A stretch of 64,000 nucleotides of DNA from NCBI RefSeq assembly GCF_009914755.1, contig NC_060936.1. One strand, given 5' to 3'. Numbering within the stretch: the first letter of the stretch is position 1; every line of letters begins with the position of its first letter. A model generated the notes under the pieces. The model ran no database searches. It saw only the letters and a list, made by a program, of their open reading frames with translations, and was not told where the DNA came from. Both the position numbers and the translations under genes were made by a program. Shown in pieces: positions 11,918 to 21,969 of this stretch. Source of the stretch: the human T2T-CHM13v2.0 reference genome, Homo sapiens.

Positions 11918-14580
11918 GTCACAGATTCTACAAATTCACACAACTTACTTGTAGAACAAACCCTCAGGTCCTCTGTCAGAGCCTATTTACTCTAATTTTA
12001 GCACATTTCAAATGGGCGTGGTAGTGTTTAAATGGTTTCCCAGCCCACAGTAAGTCAGAGGTAGCAAATTAGATAAGAGATGGAGGAAGCACTCTGAGGC
12101 TTCAAGAAGTGACAGCTGACAGGCTAGCTGTGCGTAAAGAGACTGAAAAACCCTATAAAAAGCAGGTAGAACTCAAAAAAAAATTTGGTGCAGGTGCAAT
12201 TACTCCCAGATGTCATGCATAGTGCAAAAATGATGTTTACAATGATGACCCTGAATTATTGAGAAAGGTTAAGTATGTCCAGGTTAAGACATTTAGAGGA
12301 TATGTGTAATACATTTTAGTATGCTTTCCACTAAAAATTCAAAAATGAAAAACAGCACTGGCATTTGAACATAGAAGTTTTAGTTTTCTAAACCACTGAC
12401 TGTTTGTCCCTCCTGTCGGACAAACTAGGCATCACTGAATTTAGAATTTTAAAATATCAACATTTAAAAAAGGTGGTTTTATATTTGTTTGGAGTTTTCA
12501 ATATGGAATCTCTGAACGAGCATAAGAAACCCGATTTTAAGACAAACGTACAACTCCTAGAATAGCATATTTTTAAAGTACATGCTGCGCATGTTTTCTA
12601 GTATAAATCCCATCTTAATCACACAAAATATGTGATAATTTCCCACGTCAATCCCTTACTTAAATTCTTCTATGAAAAACTAGAACTTCCATGGGACTTT
12701 AGCATGCACTGTAAATCCATCTTGAACTTGTTTAAAATAACAGTGAGAACAATGGGTGGGTCTAAATATATTGAGCTGAGGGTCCAATAGGTTAAGAATT
12801 TTTGTTTAATGAAAAATATCAGGTTGCTACCTGAAGTAAAATACCATGATCACAACAGTACAGCCAGCTTTTGGCAATATAATGGTCTTAAGTCATTCAT
12901 GAGAGCTCTGTTCATTTCTAGCTAATGTAAAAGTCCTTCGTGTGTTTGCCCAGCCATGTCTCTCCAGAGGCTCCACTGGCAATCACTTTCCATGGAAAGG
13001 TTAAGAATTGACCTGTGACATAGAAAGGAGTAGGCTGAGCCTCCTTTTACATAACTTTTGAACAAATCTCGGGTGGTGGGCAATAACCAAAGTCATCGCC
13101 TGGATGGCCAGAAACAGGGAACTAAATGAAAAATAGTTTCACAATGATAGGAACTAAAACTCCAAATTTTACATAGCTATTAAAGTGTTGTTTCTAGTGC
13201 CTTGAAAACGTGCTTAAGGTTAGCTCTTTGGAGGGGAGGGAAGGGCCATTTTTTTTCAATTCAATATAAAGTTTGCTAAGAAATGTGTTATATAAAATTA
13301 ATCTTTTTAAAGATTATGTAAAATATATGTATGTAAAATTAAATTTTTATGAGTATAATACTATACTCATAAAAACATTGACTCAAGATTCATATTTGCC
13401 TGAAGTTGGAAAATCATTTTAGCTGAAATTTCACCACTACAAGTATAGAAGCCTCTTTAGTGAATTATGACTTCAGCCTTTTAATTCATTAAAATAAATC
13501 AATGACTAAAATAAAGTTTTTTCAGATTTTCAGATACAATATAGACAATATTATTTTTGCATTTCTGTTCTAACTTTATCTTACCATGTTACCATATGGG
13601 CACTTGGACTAAATAACTGACTTGTAAAATCTGGCCCAACTCTGAAGATTTTTTTATCTCATTATACCAAAATTATACACATGCTAAAAACACTGTATTA
13701 TCCTCTGATTCACTTTTAATCCTTTTTGGTTATGAAACTAATATTACTACAGTAGTGGCATCAAAATATAGCTCAAAATATTTGAAATGCTGTTTTTCCC
13801 ATTATTCTGATTCAGATAATTTTTCTAAAGTTCAATAAATTAACAATGCTGAAAAATCCTACATAGTTTTCTAGTGTTGATTTCAATTTCCTTTGTTCTA
13901 TGGTTTGTTACGAAGCTTCATGGGGGCTGCTCAATCAAGTTCAGCTTACTTGGTCCAAGATACTGCAATGGGAAGTAGTTGAGTGACTGAGGGATATAAT
14001 AGAGCTGGCCACTAGTGCTAGTGCTGACTCTAGGTAGCTCTGTGACCTTGGGAAGATACTTAATATCTCTGGGCTTCCTTTCTTTTTTTCCTATCACGAA
14101 ATGCAGGGGACTGGATGAGCTGTGGCTCCTTCTGGCTTCATACTGTTATGACTTGCAGTTCAGTTGCCATAAAGTCAGCAGAGGGAGCACTTTTTCTACA
14201 TCTTATACAATCTGACTCTCATTTAAACATTTTCAAAAATCAAGGGGTTTGTGAAGAACATTCCTGAAACTAAAAGCTGACAATCCTTCACTGTTTGTAT
14301 CATATCACAGATTTGAATGGAAATTTGAGAAAAGTCTAGAAATTATTTCTGATCCTGGAATTCCATGATAAAGTCCCATGACAGAATTATTTTATAAAAA
14401 GAAGCCAAAACACTCTCATATTAAGCACCCCTTTGTGATCATCTAGTTATACAAGACCCAGTGAAAGAGGAACACCTGACCATACTAGAGAGGCTATGTG
14501 ATGTCACAGACGAAAACTGAAAAACTTGTCAATCATTAAAACAATAGAAAATTGGGTCTAACATAAACAAACCACACAAG

Positions 14581-16620
14581 TTAATTGGTAGGTTTTTCTT
14601 TTGCACTTTTCATTAAGATACATTGGGAACGAGCAGGTAGACAAAGCCAGAGCCTGGAGGCTTGCAAGAGATTGGAAATGTGTGACATCAAGCCAATGAC
14701 AAAAAAAAGGTGTAAATCTGAGAACTGTAGTGATTTGTATCCCTATAGTTATAGATATCTTAAAACTAATTGAGCATCCATTATGTCTTTTTTAATTATT
14801 AGACAATATCATATCGTATATTAAAGTTTTTATTCCTTAGTAAGAATTTTTAAATCACAAAATAGTGTGGCAATATTTAGGTAATAGAATTTATGGAGTG
14901 CTGAAAATACTAGAATATAAAGGTAATTTCTAGTTTATCGTCACATACTAAACTTTTCTAAACCAGCTGGTTTCTCACAGACAGTATTTATTTTTTTAAA
15001 ATAATTTAAGACAGCATAAGCTTGTACCAAGCATAAGCATTGTAACAAAAGTGCAACTTTTCAGCAAATCCTCCCCAAAAGATATTTTAACTCAAAATAT
15101 CATTAGCACATATTTTCTCCCTACAAAAATAGCATGTCAGACATCATTAATTGGATGTATTAACAACTATGTACATAAGAGCCACCTTGTAGGCTAAGAG
15201 TTTAACGTTGTTTAAACACAGCGTTTGAGGCAAACAGTAGCAACAGCAGCAGCAAATGCACCAAACTGACGAAAAGACCCAGATATTTTCCTCACTCATA
15301 GTCAGACTGTTGTGTCTCACCCCTTACATAACATCCAAGTGAGATTTCTCACAGTGCTACCTTGGCAACAAACTAAAAATATCTAGACAAGGTCTTGGTT
15401 TAAGCCTTATTAAAAAAGCTTTCTTTGTGATTATCTGGTATCTGGTTTGGTCTCCAGAAAATACATAGACTTGGAGATAGGAAGGCCTCACAGGACTTCA
15501 TTCTATATCTTTACAGCATTTGCAATCAAAACTGGCCAGTTAAATGCTTTCGTTCACTTTTGAATTTTAACAGAATATAGGATATATCAGTTTGGACTTG
15601 TTTTTTGTTGTTGTTGTTTTTTGTTTTGTTTTGAAGTTCAGTGCACTTTTTTTTACAGTAAGATTACAAAAATTTAGGAACATGATGGATTAATGAGAGT
15701 GGGAATAGATGCACTTGAGATGTGTATGTATAGATACCTATCTATGGATAAATAGAAATCTGTACAGATAGATATCTATCTATATATGGACTTAGAAGAA
15801 ATTAAGATGAGTCCATTAATTCATGGTCAATTTCTCAATAAAGTGTTAGCAAATGTACTAGGAATGATTCTGGCCTTCTCATCCATCTCCTTCCCTGACT
15901 TAGTTCTGACGATGGCCCAGCTCCGTGTTTCTTTAACGAGTGCAAGTTACTAAGAGATACCATTTAAACCACTTCAGAATAGGTTGCAACGTGAGAAACT
16001 GCATCCTCACTTCTTTGAAAAATATATGCCTTTTAGAAAGCTGAACATTAGAAAATACTGAAGAGTAAATTCAATTCTAAAAGAGCCTCAATCTGTTTGT
16101 GGAACGCCTCCTAAAACAGGCAGGGCAGCTTTGAGAACTAGCTCTACATAACAACTACCTGCTGTTCCATGTCAACTCCAAAGACGTCAAAGGTGTTAAC
16201 ATCTTTCCCCTACCCCGGGGTTCACCTAGCTCAGCCACAGAACAGACCCTTCTTACTTCCTCTCGAATTAGGTTCCAATTTTAAGAGATAATGGAACATG
16301 GCCTAAAAGGGGGCAAAATTTATTTGGGGGATTAAAAAAAAGAGCCAGTGTCTTTCGCATAGGATCTTTTACAGCTGGTGGGGGGAAGAAAGGGATGTTA
16401 GTGTGTGGAGGGTGGGGTGGTGCGGGATGAGCAAAACAGGAACTCCGAATGTACACATAACACCTGTTTTGTTGTTCTTGTTTATGCCTGTCGTGCATCT
16501 ATTACACTTCCTCCCTTAAAGACCTTAAGGGTATTTTAACTTCTCACTCTGCTTGAACCTCCTTAAGGGTATTTTAACTTCTCACTCTGCTTGAACCTCC
16601 GTCCTTCGGGACGCAAGGAT
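14581..16620 (-). other. BHLHE41: BHLHE41 3'UTR (~2 kb; 3' end approximate)
   Basis: AU-rich, no interspersed repeats seen; minus-strand AATAAA at 14992-14987 and 14834-14829; variant AATGAA at 14614-14609. Confidence 0.7.
16523..16598. repeat. Perfect 38-bp tandem duplication
   Basis: ccttaagggtattttaacttctcactctgcttgaacct at 16523-16560 and 16561-16598. Confidence 0.98.
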
Positions 16621-16707
16621 TCAGGGAGCTTCCTTTCCTGGCTGCGAGGGATCTTCCTGAGCAGAGCTCTCCGGGTTCCCCGGCTCGCGGGGCCCGGCGA
16701 AGGGCAG
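16540..16707 (+). other. SSPN: Probable non-coding upstream first exon of a long SSPN transcript, antisense to BHLHE41
   Basis: Good + strand donor CAG|GTGGGT at 16707/16708 at the CpG island edge; the SSPN assignment and start are from memory of the annotation, not from the sequence. Confidence 0.45.
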
Positions 16708-17620
16708 GTGGGTGCGGCCGTGCGGGTGCTGGGGGTGCGGCGCCCCAAGGGGCGCCACCTCGTGCGGCAGGAGGGTCGCGGCGGCGGCGCCCGCCTTCTC
16801 GGGAGGGGGCGACAACACCGAGGACAGGCAGGGGAACGCGGCGGCGGCGGCGGCAGCGGCGGCGGCGGCTGCCGCGGCTGCCGCCGGGGCGGGGATGCCG
16901 GGGTATAGCAGCGGGAACGGGGCGGCAGCCGCCGCCGGGTACAGATACTTCTCCAGGCCGCTCTTGTCCAGGAAGGGCTGCACGTAGGCGGCAGCTGCAG
17001 AAGGCGAGAGGAAGCAGAAGGGCAGGCAGAAGGGGGCCGCGGCGGCCGCGGGCTGCGGGAAGGGCGCGCCTCCGCCTCCGCCGAACGCCACCAGCGAGCT
17101 GAGCAGGGCGGCGTCGGGTCTCAGCAGCGCGGCCGCGGCGGCAGGGTCGGGCCCCAGAAGCGCGGCTGCCGCCGCCACCGCGCCGCCCCCCGGGCCGCCG
17201 CCGCTGCCGCCGCCGCGGGAATCCAGCTTCATCCTCTTGGGCGCCGGCGAGTCCTCCCCGGGAGGCTCCTGCTTGATGGTGACGCGGCTCGCCCCCGCGC
17301 CTTTGCCTTTCTCGCGGTCCGGCCGGGCCTCGGCTTCGCCGCCGTAGCCGCTGTCGGTGTCCGTGTCGTTCTCGGCGGCGAGCTCGGCGCTGGGCTGAGT
17401 CCGCTGGATGACGGGCACGCAGTAGGCGAGGGGCTCCAGCTTCTGCCCCGCGCGCTCCAGGCAGGGGGCGGCCGCGGACCCGGCGGCCGAGGGAGCGCCG
17501 GTGCCTTTGCTCAGAGGGACCTGTTGAGTCAACAGCTGCGGGGTGGGCAAGAACTGGGTGGCCACGGCGTGCAAGTGGTTGATCAGCTGGACACACCGCG
17601 GCTCCCTGGGTGTCCAGCTC
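16600..17620. promoter_or_regulatory. Intragenic CpG island over exon 5
   Basis: Very high GC and CpG density, with GCC/GCG runs. Confidence 0.9.
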
Positions 17621-17723
17621 TCAAACCGGGAGAGGTATTGCAAGACTTCTTTGGCGCATGTTTGAAATCCCGAGTGGAACGCATCCAAGTCGGACTGAAT
17701 GGGCGATTTCAGAGATCGCTCCC
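16621..17723 (-). CDS. BHLHE41: BHLHE41 exon 5, coding part: Orange domain, DTDTDSGYG motif, IKQE SUMO consensus, Ala/Gly-rich C-terminus
   Basis: cctag acceptor at 17724; contains ORF 16621..17688; TGA at 16623-16621; total CDS 482 aa, the known DEC2 length. Confidence 0.98.
16837..16884 (-). repeat. Polyalanine-coding GCN tract (16 Ala, residues 396-411)
   Basis: Mixed GCG/GCA/GCC/GCT codons; translation PAP-A16-FPC. Confidence 0.95.
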
Positions 17724-18184
17724 CTAGGATGAGGAAGGGATGGGGGTGGGGGACGGAGGAGTGGAGGCAAGAAGAAACATACCCACGTTAAAACATCTGC
17801 TTATCACGTGGGCCCTGCATCGACTAAAGTGATCTCGGTTTTTCCCCAGTATTTAAGTGATATAATCCACCAGTTGACGAGAGAAGCGGGGTGGCGGAGG
17901 TGCGGAGCGGGGAGAGGGCGCTCTCCTCCCAGCTGAAAACCAAAGTGGAGCGGGTGCAACCGCCACTTTAAATCCTGATTCCTCCGAGTTCTGCTGAAAG
18001 CCTCTAGGATGCTTCGGGAAATGGGCTCGTTCCAATGAAGGGAAAGTATAAGCAATTTAACAAATGAGAGGGAACCCATGAGCCCACGGAAAGAGATGGG
18101 GTGCGGGTGAGGGAGTCCTGACACTGCTCCCCTGTGGGCTGCCCCGCTTCATCAGGGTAGGCTGGCCTCCCTGAACTGACTTAC

Positions 18185-18296
18185 CATTCTGTAAAGCAAT
18201 TATCTTCTGATGCTGTTGCTCGGTTAAGGCGGTTAAAGCTTTTAAGTGTTTCAAAGTTAATTCCAAGACTACAGCTTTCTCCAGATGTCCCAGAGT
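18185..18296 (-). CDS. BHLHE41: BHLHE41 exon 4, loop and helix 2 (TLGHLEKAVVLELTLKHLKALTALTEQQHQKIIALQN)
   Basis: ctgcag acceptor, G|GTAAGT donor; 112 nt; overlaps ORF 18057..18266. Confidence 0.98.
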
Positions 18297-18626
18297 CTGC
18301 AGTGGTGCAAAAAAGAAACGGGCACTTGGTTACTTAAAAACACACATTTGGCTTAATTGGCTGTCCATTCAGCACAGCAATTTAAGCAAACACTTTGAAA
18401 GAAGTACTGTTCTTTTACTTCTTGAGCTTTCCACAAGACAGGTTATAAATGATTTCTTGCCTTCAGCTGGGAGCACCTACTCCAGTTTGCGGGAAACTCT
18501 GTACGGTATAGCACAAGTTTTAAGTCAGGAACTTATATTTACATTTATTCTTATATTTTCTGGGAGTCGCACCAGACTATTAACACGCCCTTGGAGAGCA
18601 GCAAAGAATGAAAATGTGCATCTTAC

Positions 18627-18734
18627 TGTCAATTTCAGATGTTCAGGCAGTAAATCTTTCAGCTGAGCAATGCATTCATTAATTCGGTCTCTTCTTTTCT
18701 TTTCTATTAATCTGTGCGGTAATTTGTAGGTATC
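18627..18734 (-). CDS. BHLHE41: BHLHE41 exon 3, basic region and helix 1 (DTYKLPHRLIEKKRRDRINECIAQLKDLLPEHLKLT)
   Basis: Hairy/DEC-type bHLH motif; aag acceptor, ACA|GTAAGA donor; 108 nt. Confidence 0.98.
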
Positions 18735-19073
18735 CTTAATATATGAGAGTCATGGAAAAGAGAAAACAGTAAGCGAAACATTCACTTATTGGATATTACC
18801 CTCGTCTGCCCCCCCCGCCCCCCCACCATAAAACATACTATGTGATAAACTACACCCAAGAAACCTCTTTCCTCTGGACTGTTCTGCAATGCAATTTAAA
18901 TTCAGGTATGATGTTTAATATCCCCCTGAGAGTACCCAGCAAGCCACTTAAAATTCACAGTTGGGGAAGCTCAGGGGCTGGAATATATTTGCGGGCAGAG
19001 CTTCACTGTGAAATCAATGGCTCTAATTAACTACCCATGCAGGTTATGAGGAATATCGGGAACTTACACTTAC

Positions 19074-19137
19074 CTTGGTGTCGTCTCGTTTCATGCTCCT
19101 TTTGGGTTTACACATATACAAAGAGGAATAGTCCAGT
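19074..19137 (-). CDS. BHLHE41: BHLHE41 exon 2 (LDYSSLYMCKPKRSMKRDDTK)
   Basis: Acceptor ttttgcag, donor AAG|GTAAGT; 64 nt, keeps frame with exon 1. Confidence 0.98.
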
Positions 19138-19272
19138 CTGCAAAACAGAAATCAGCATCAGGCACCCATTCGGGGAGGGGCTCTGCCCTCGCCAGCTCCA
19201 TACCACTTTCTGGAGAAGAAAAAAATCAAACCAAAGCCTAGACAGATATTCGCAAGGGTGCGTGCACCTTAC

Positions 19273-19334
19273 CCTATAAAATCTCTATGTTCCAGTAACT
19301 GTCTCTCTTGCAAATGAGGAATTCCTTCGTCCAT
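19273..19334 (-). CDS. BHLHE41: BHLHE41 exon 1, coding part (MDEGIPHLQERQLLEHRDFIG)
   Basis: ATG at 19334-19332; known DEC2 N-terminus; donor GG|GTAAGG at 19272; 62 nt. Confidence 0.98.
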
Positions 19335-19590
19335 GTTCAACTGCTGTTCGTTTCCTCTGTTTCGATTTTTGGGGCTCTGTACAATAATCTGTGGGACGGT
19401 AGGCTTGGGAGACCTTGGGGGGATCTGTGCGTCTCCAGTCTCTCTCTCGCTCTCCCTCTTCAGTGCAGTGTTGAAAGTGTGAAGCAGTTGGTCCCCCCCC
19501 TCCACCGCGCTCGCACACACACACGCACACACACGCACACTCGCGCCGGCCCCACTGCGCTGGTAGTTTGCTCTCACTCCAGGCAGTGTT
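19335..19590 (-). other. BHLHE41: BHLHE41 5'UTR (TSS approximate), with (GT)n-like and (GA)n tracts
   Basis: No upstream ATG; sits just below the E-box and GC boxes; the TSS cannot be fixed from sequence. Confidence 0.7.
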
Positions 19591-21340
19591 TGGCCACAGG
19601 GCACGCGCGTCGCCGGCCAGACCAGCACCCAGCTCACGTGCGGAACGTACCATCCGCGGTCCAGCCCGGAGGGGGGCGGGGGAGGAGGGGCCGGGCCGGG
19701 AGGGGGCGTCGGGAGAAGGCGGCGAGAGAAGGCGAACGGCAGGAGGGGGCGGGGACACCTGATCAGGGCCACCGGAAAGGAAAAACAACTTCGGCCAAGC
19801 TATTCATCTTCCCAAAGGCGATGCAGTCGGCAGGAGGAGGGGGGAGTGGGGGTGCAGGGGTGCGGGGCAGCCTGAGCTTCCTTGGCTCCAAAATGCGACT
19901 CCCTGGGTTCGTCCGTTGTTACGGTGCAGGAATGTGAACGTGGCTTTTTGCTTTTCCACCGATTGTGCTGTTGGTTTGAACCATAGAAAGGAAGTGAAAA
20001 GAGAATTCGCGGTGGGTAAACTTGAGTCCCAAAGGAAATTTTGGAGACTTGTTTGCTCACTGATCGGTGGCCTGGAGGGACTCCTTGGCGCTGGGTGGAG
20101 AGGTTGCCTCGAGAAGAAGCAACTTGCAATCCGCTCCTTGAAGGATTTAAGATACATGAAAACGTTGTCACTGGGTCCGAATGTCGCAATCCAAGTGTCT
20201 TTCGGTGACACGGCGTCCCTGGGCCAACTAAACTTCCCCGCAGCAGCCGGAATTGCGGTGCCACTAATCACAGCAGCAGATGACGACGTTTGGGGCCGCG
20301 TGTGCTCCTGGAGGAACGCGGCGGGGAGCGAGCCGGGGTTGAGTGGGGGCTGGGAAGGGAGAAGGGGGTGGCACGAGAGGGGGTGGCACGAGAGGGGCTA
20401 CCACAGAAAAGCTATGCAGCATTTATCACCCGCCCGCTCAACTCTGCCGCGTTCTGAGCCTCCGGTGACGCTACGTGCTTTCCCCATCCCCCCGCCCCCC
20501 CGCGCGATAAGAGACGCCCGGAGTGTGCAGAGCCCACGTTTACTACCGCTGGCACCTCCAAAGCCTCCCTCCTTAATCCGGTCTCAAACGGGTACCAGCA
20601 CAGGGCCAGCAACGTGATCCGACCTGCCGCTGCTGCCACATCACTGCTCGGGGAACCCGTGCGCGCGCGCGCTCGCCCTGCAGCCGCGGCGCTCGGCGCC
20701 GGGAATCACAGGCCAGCAAGAGCCGGGTTACCTTTCCCCAGAGCCACCCTGGGAGCATGACTCACTGCTAGTGAGAGTTACCGGGAGGTGCCCGGGGATG
20801 CGCACTGCCCACGCCGCCCTGCCAGCCCAGGGGAAGGCATGTCCTGAGGGACTCCCAGGGGTGGGATGGAGGCTATATATATATTTCTCTAGATATACAT
20901 AAAGACATAGAGAAAAAAACCAAGGTTTTTCCTGCACAGAGAGGGATATTTACATTCTCCCCGGGGTGATCTCTGAAACGTTGATTATTGCCGGTGATAA
21001 GTGAACCGAGGGGAGAAGAACGCCAAAGGTACATGCACCAGGGCGCAGCAGGGACTGGGGCGCCCGCTACGTGTCCCCCGGCCCGCCCCGCCGGGCACGG
21101 GTTCCGGGGACGGATCTGGGTCGCGGGAAGCGGCGGCTGGGAGGAGGTCACGTGTCTGCGGGAGTCGCGTCTCCTCCCCGACTCCAGGAGCAGCCCGGGC
21201 CGCGGCGGCCGCTCGCGCTGCTGCAGTCTCCGGAGTCCTGGGCGGAGACGCGCACTGCGTCTGGCTTCGTGACTCGGGCGGCGGCGGCGGCCCAGGATCA
21301 CCCCGGCGTGAGGAGACGCTCGCGGTCCGTTCAGTTCATC
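19480..21340. promoter_or_regulatory. BHLHE41 promoter CpG island with E-boxes, HRE cores and GC boxes
   Basis: Dense CpG; CACGTG at 19635-19640 and 21149-21154; TACGTG at 20472-20477 and 21068-21073; CACGTT at 20535-20540; GGGGCGGGG boxes at 19670-19755. DEC2 is an established CLOCK:BMAL1 and HIF target. Confidence 0.9.
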
Positions 21341-21969
21341 TGTTTAGAGGGCCTTTTAAGGTCTCTCGACTTCCTCAAATAGAGGAACGTATTTTGCACC
21401 AAACAGGCAATTTAATCACGATGGTTCTTAATTTAAAAAGTATTTTTAAAATGCTGACTTTATTTTAAATCTCGGTCCGACCTCTCTCCTATTTCCAAAA
21501 GGTTAGGTAATTAAGACCCTTCGATGGGGAGGGCACGTTGGAGCCCTAAAAGCGACCTATTCCTGCAGTACTGTATCATTTTTACCTCTTTTTAATTGAC
21601 TAAAAATGGGAATGCCGTTAGGTGAATAATTTAAAAATTAAAACACCAGGTCCCCTTCTAGATTTCTGAATGTTTGGAGTAGAAAGGGGATGTAAATATT
21701 TGCTCCAGAGCTAAATTTCACTTGAAAAGGATGACTGGTTAGGGAAAATGAAATAAAGACAAGATCATTGCATTTTGGCCTCGTCGGGCTAAAAACACAA
21801 GGCAGACATCTGACCAGGGCAAACCTTAGAAGCTAAGTCTGGGGCAGAGATTAAATGCAAGTTGAAATAGGAGGAACACGATCAGGAGCCTTGAGGCTCA
21901 AAGGTGGGTTAAATAAGCTTGCAGCACCCCATAATTTAAAGGGACAAAAAGCTGCAAATGACACATGAA

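Noticed and set aside
16574-17596. 340-aa alternative-frame ORF overlapping exon 5
   Set aside because: Starts at GTG inside the exon; Arg/Gly/Pro low complexity; long open frames are expected at this GC content.
19308-21468. 100-233 aa ORFs across the promoter island
   Set aside because: Overlapping in many frames, compositionally biased, no homology I can recognise; typical CpG-island artefacts.
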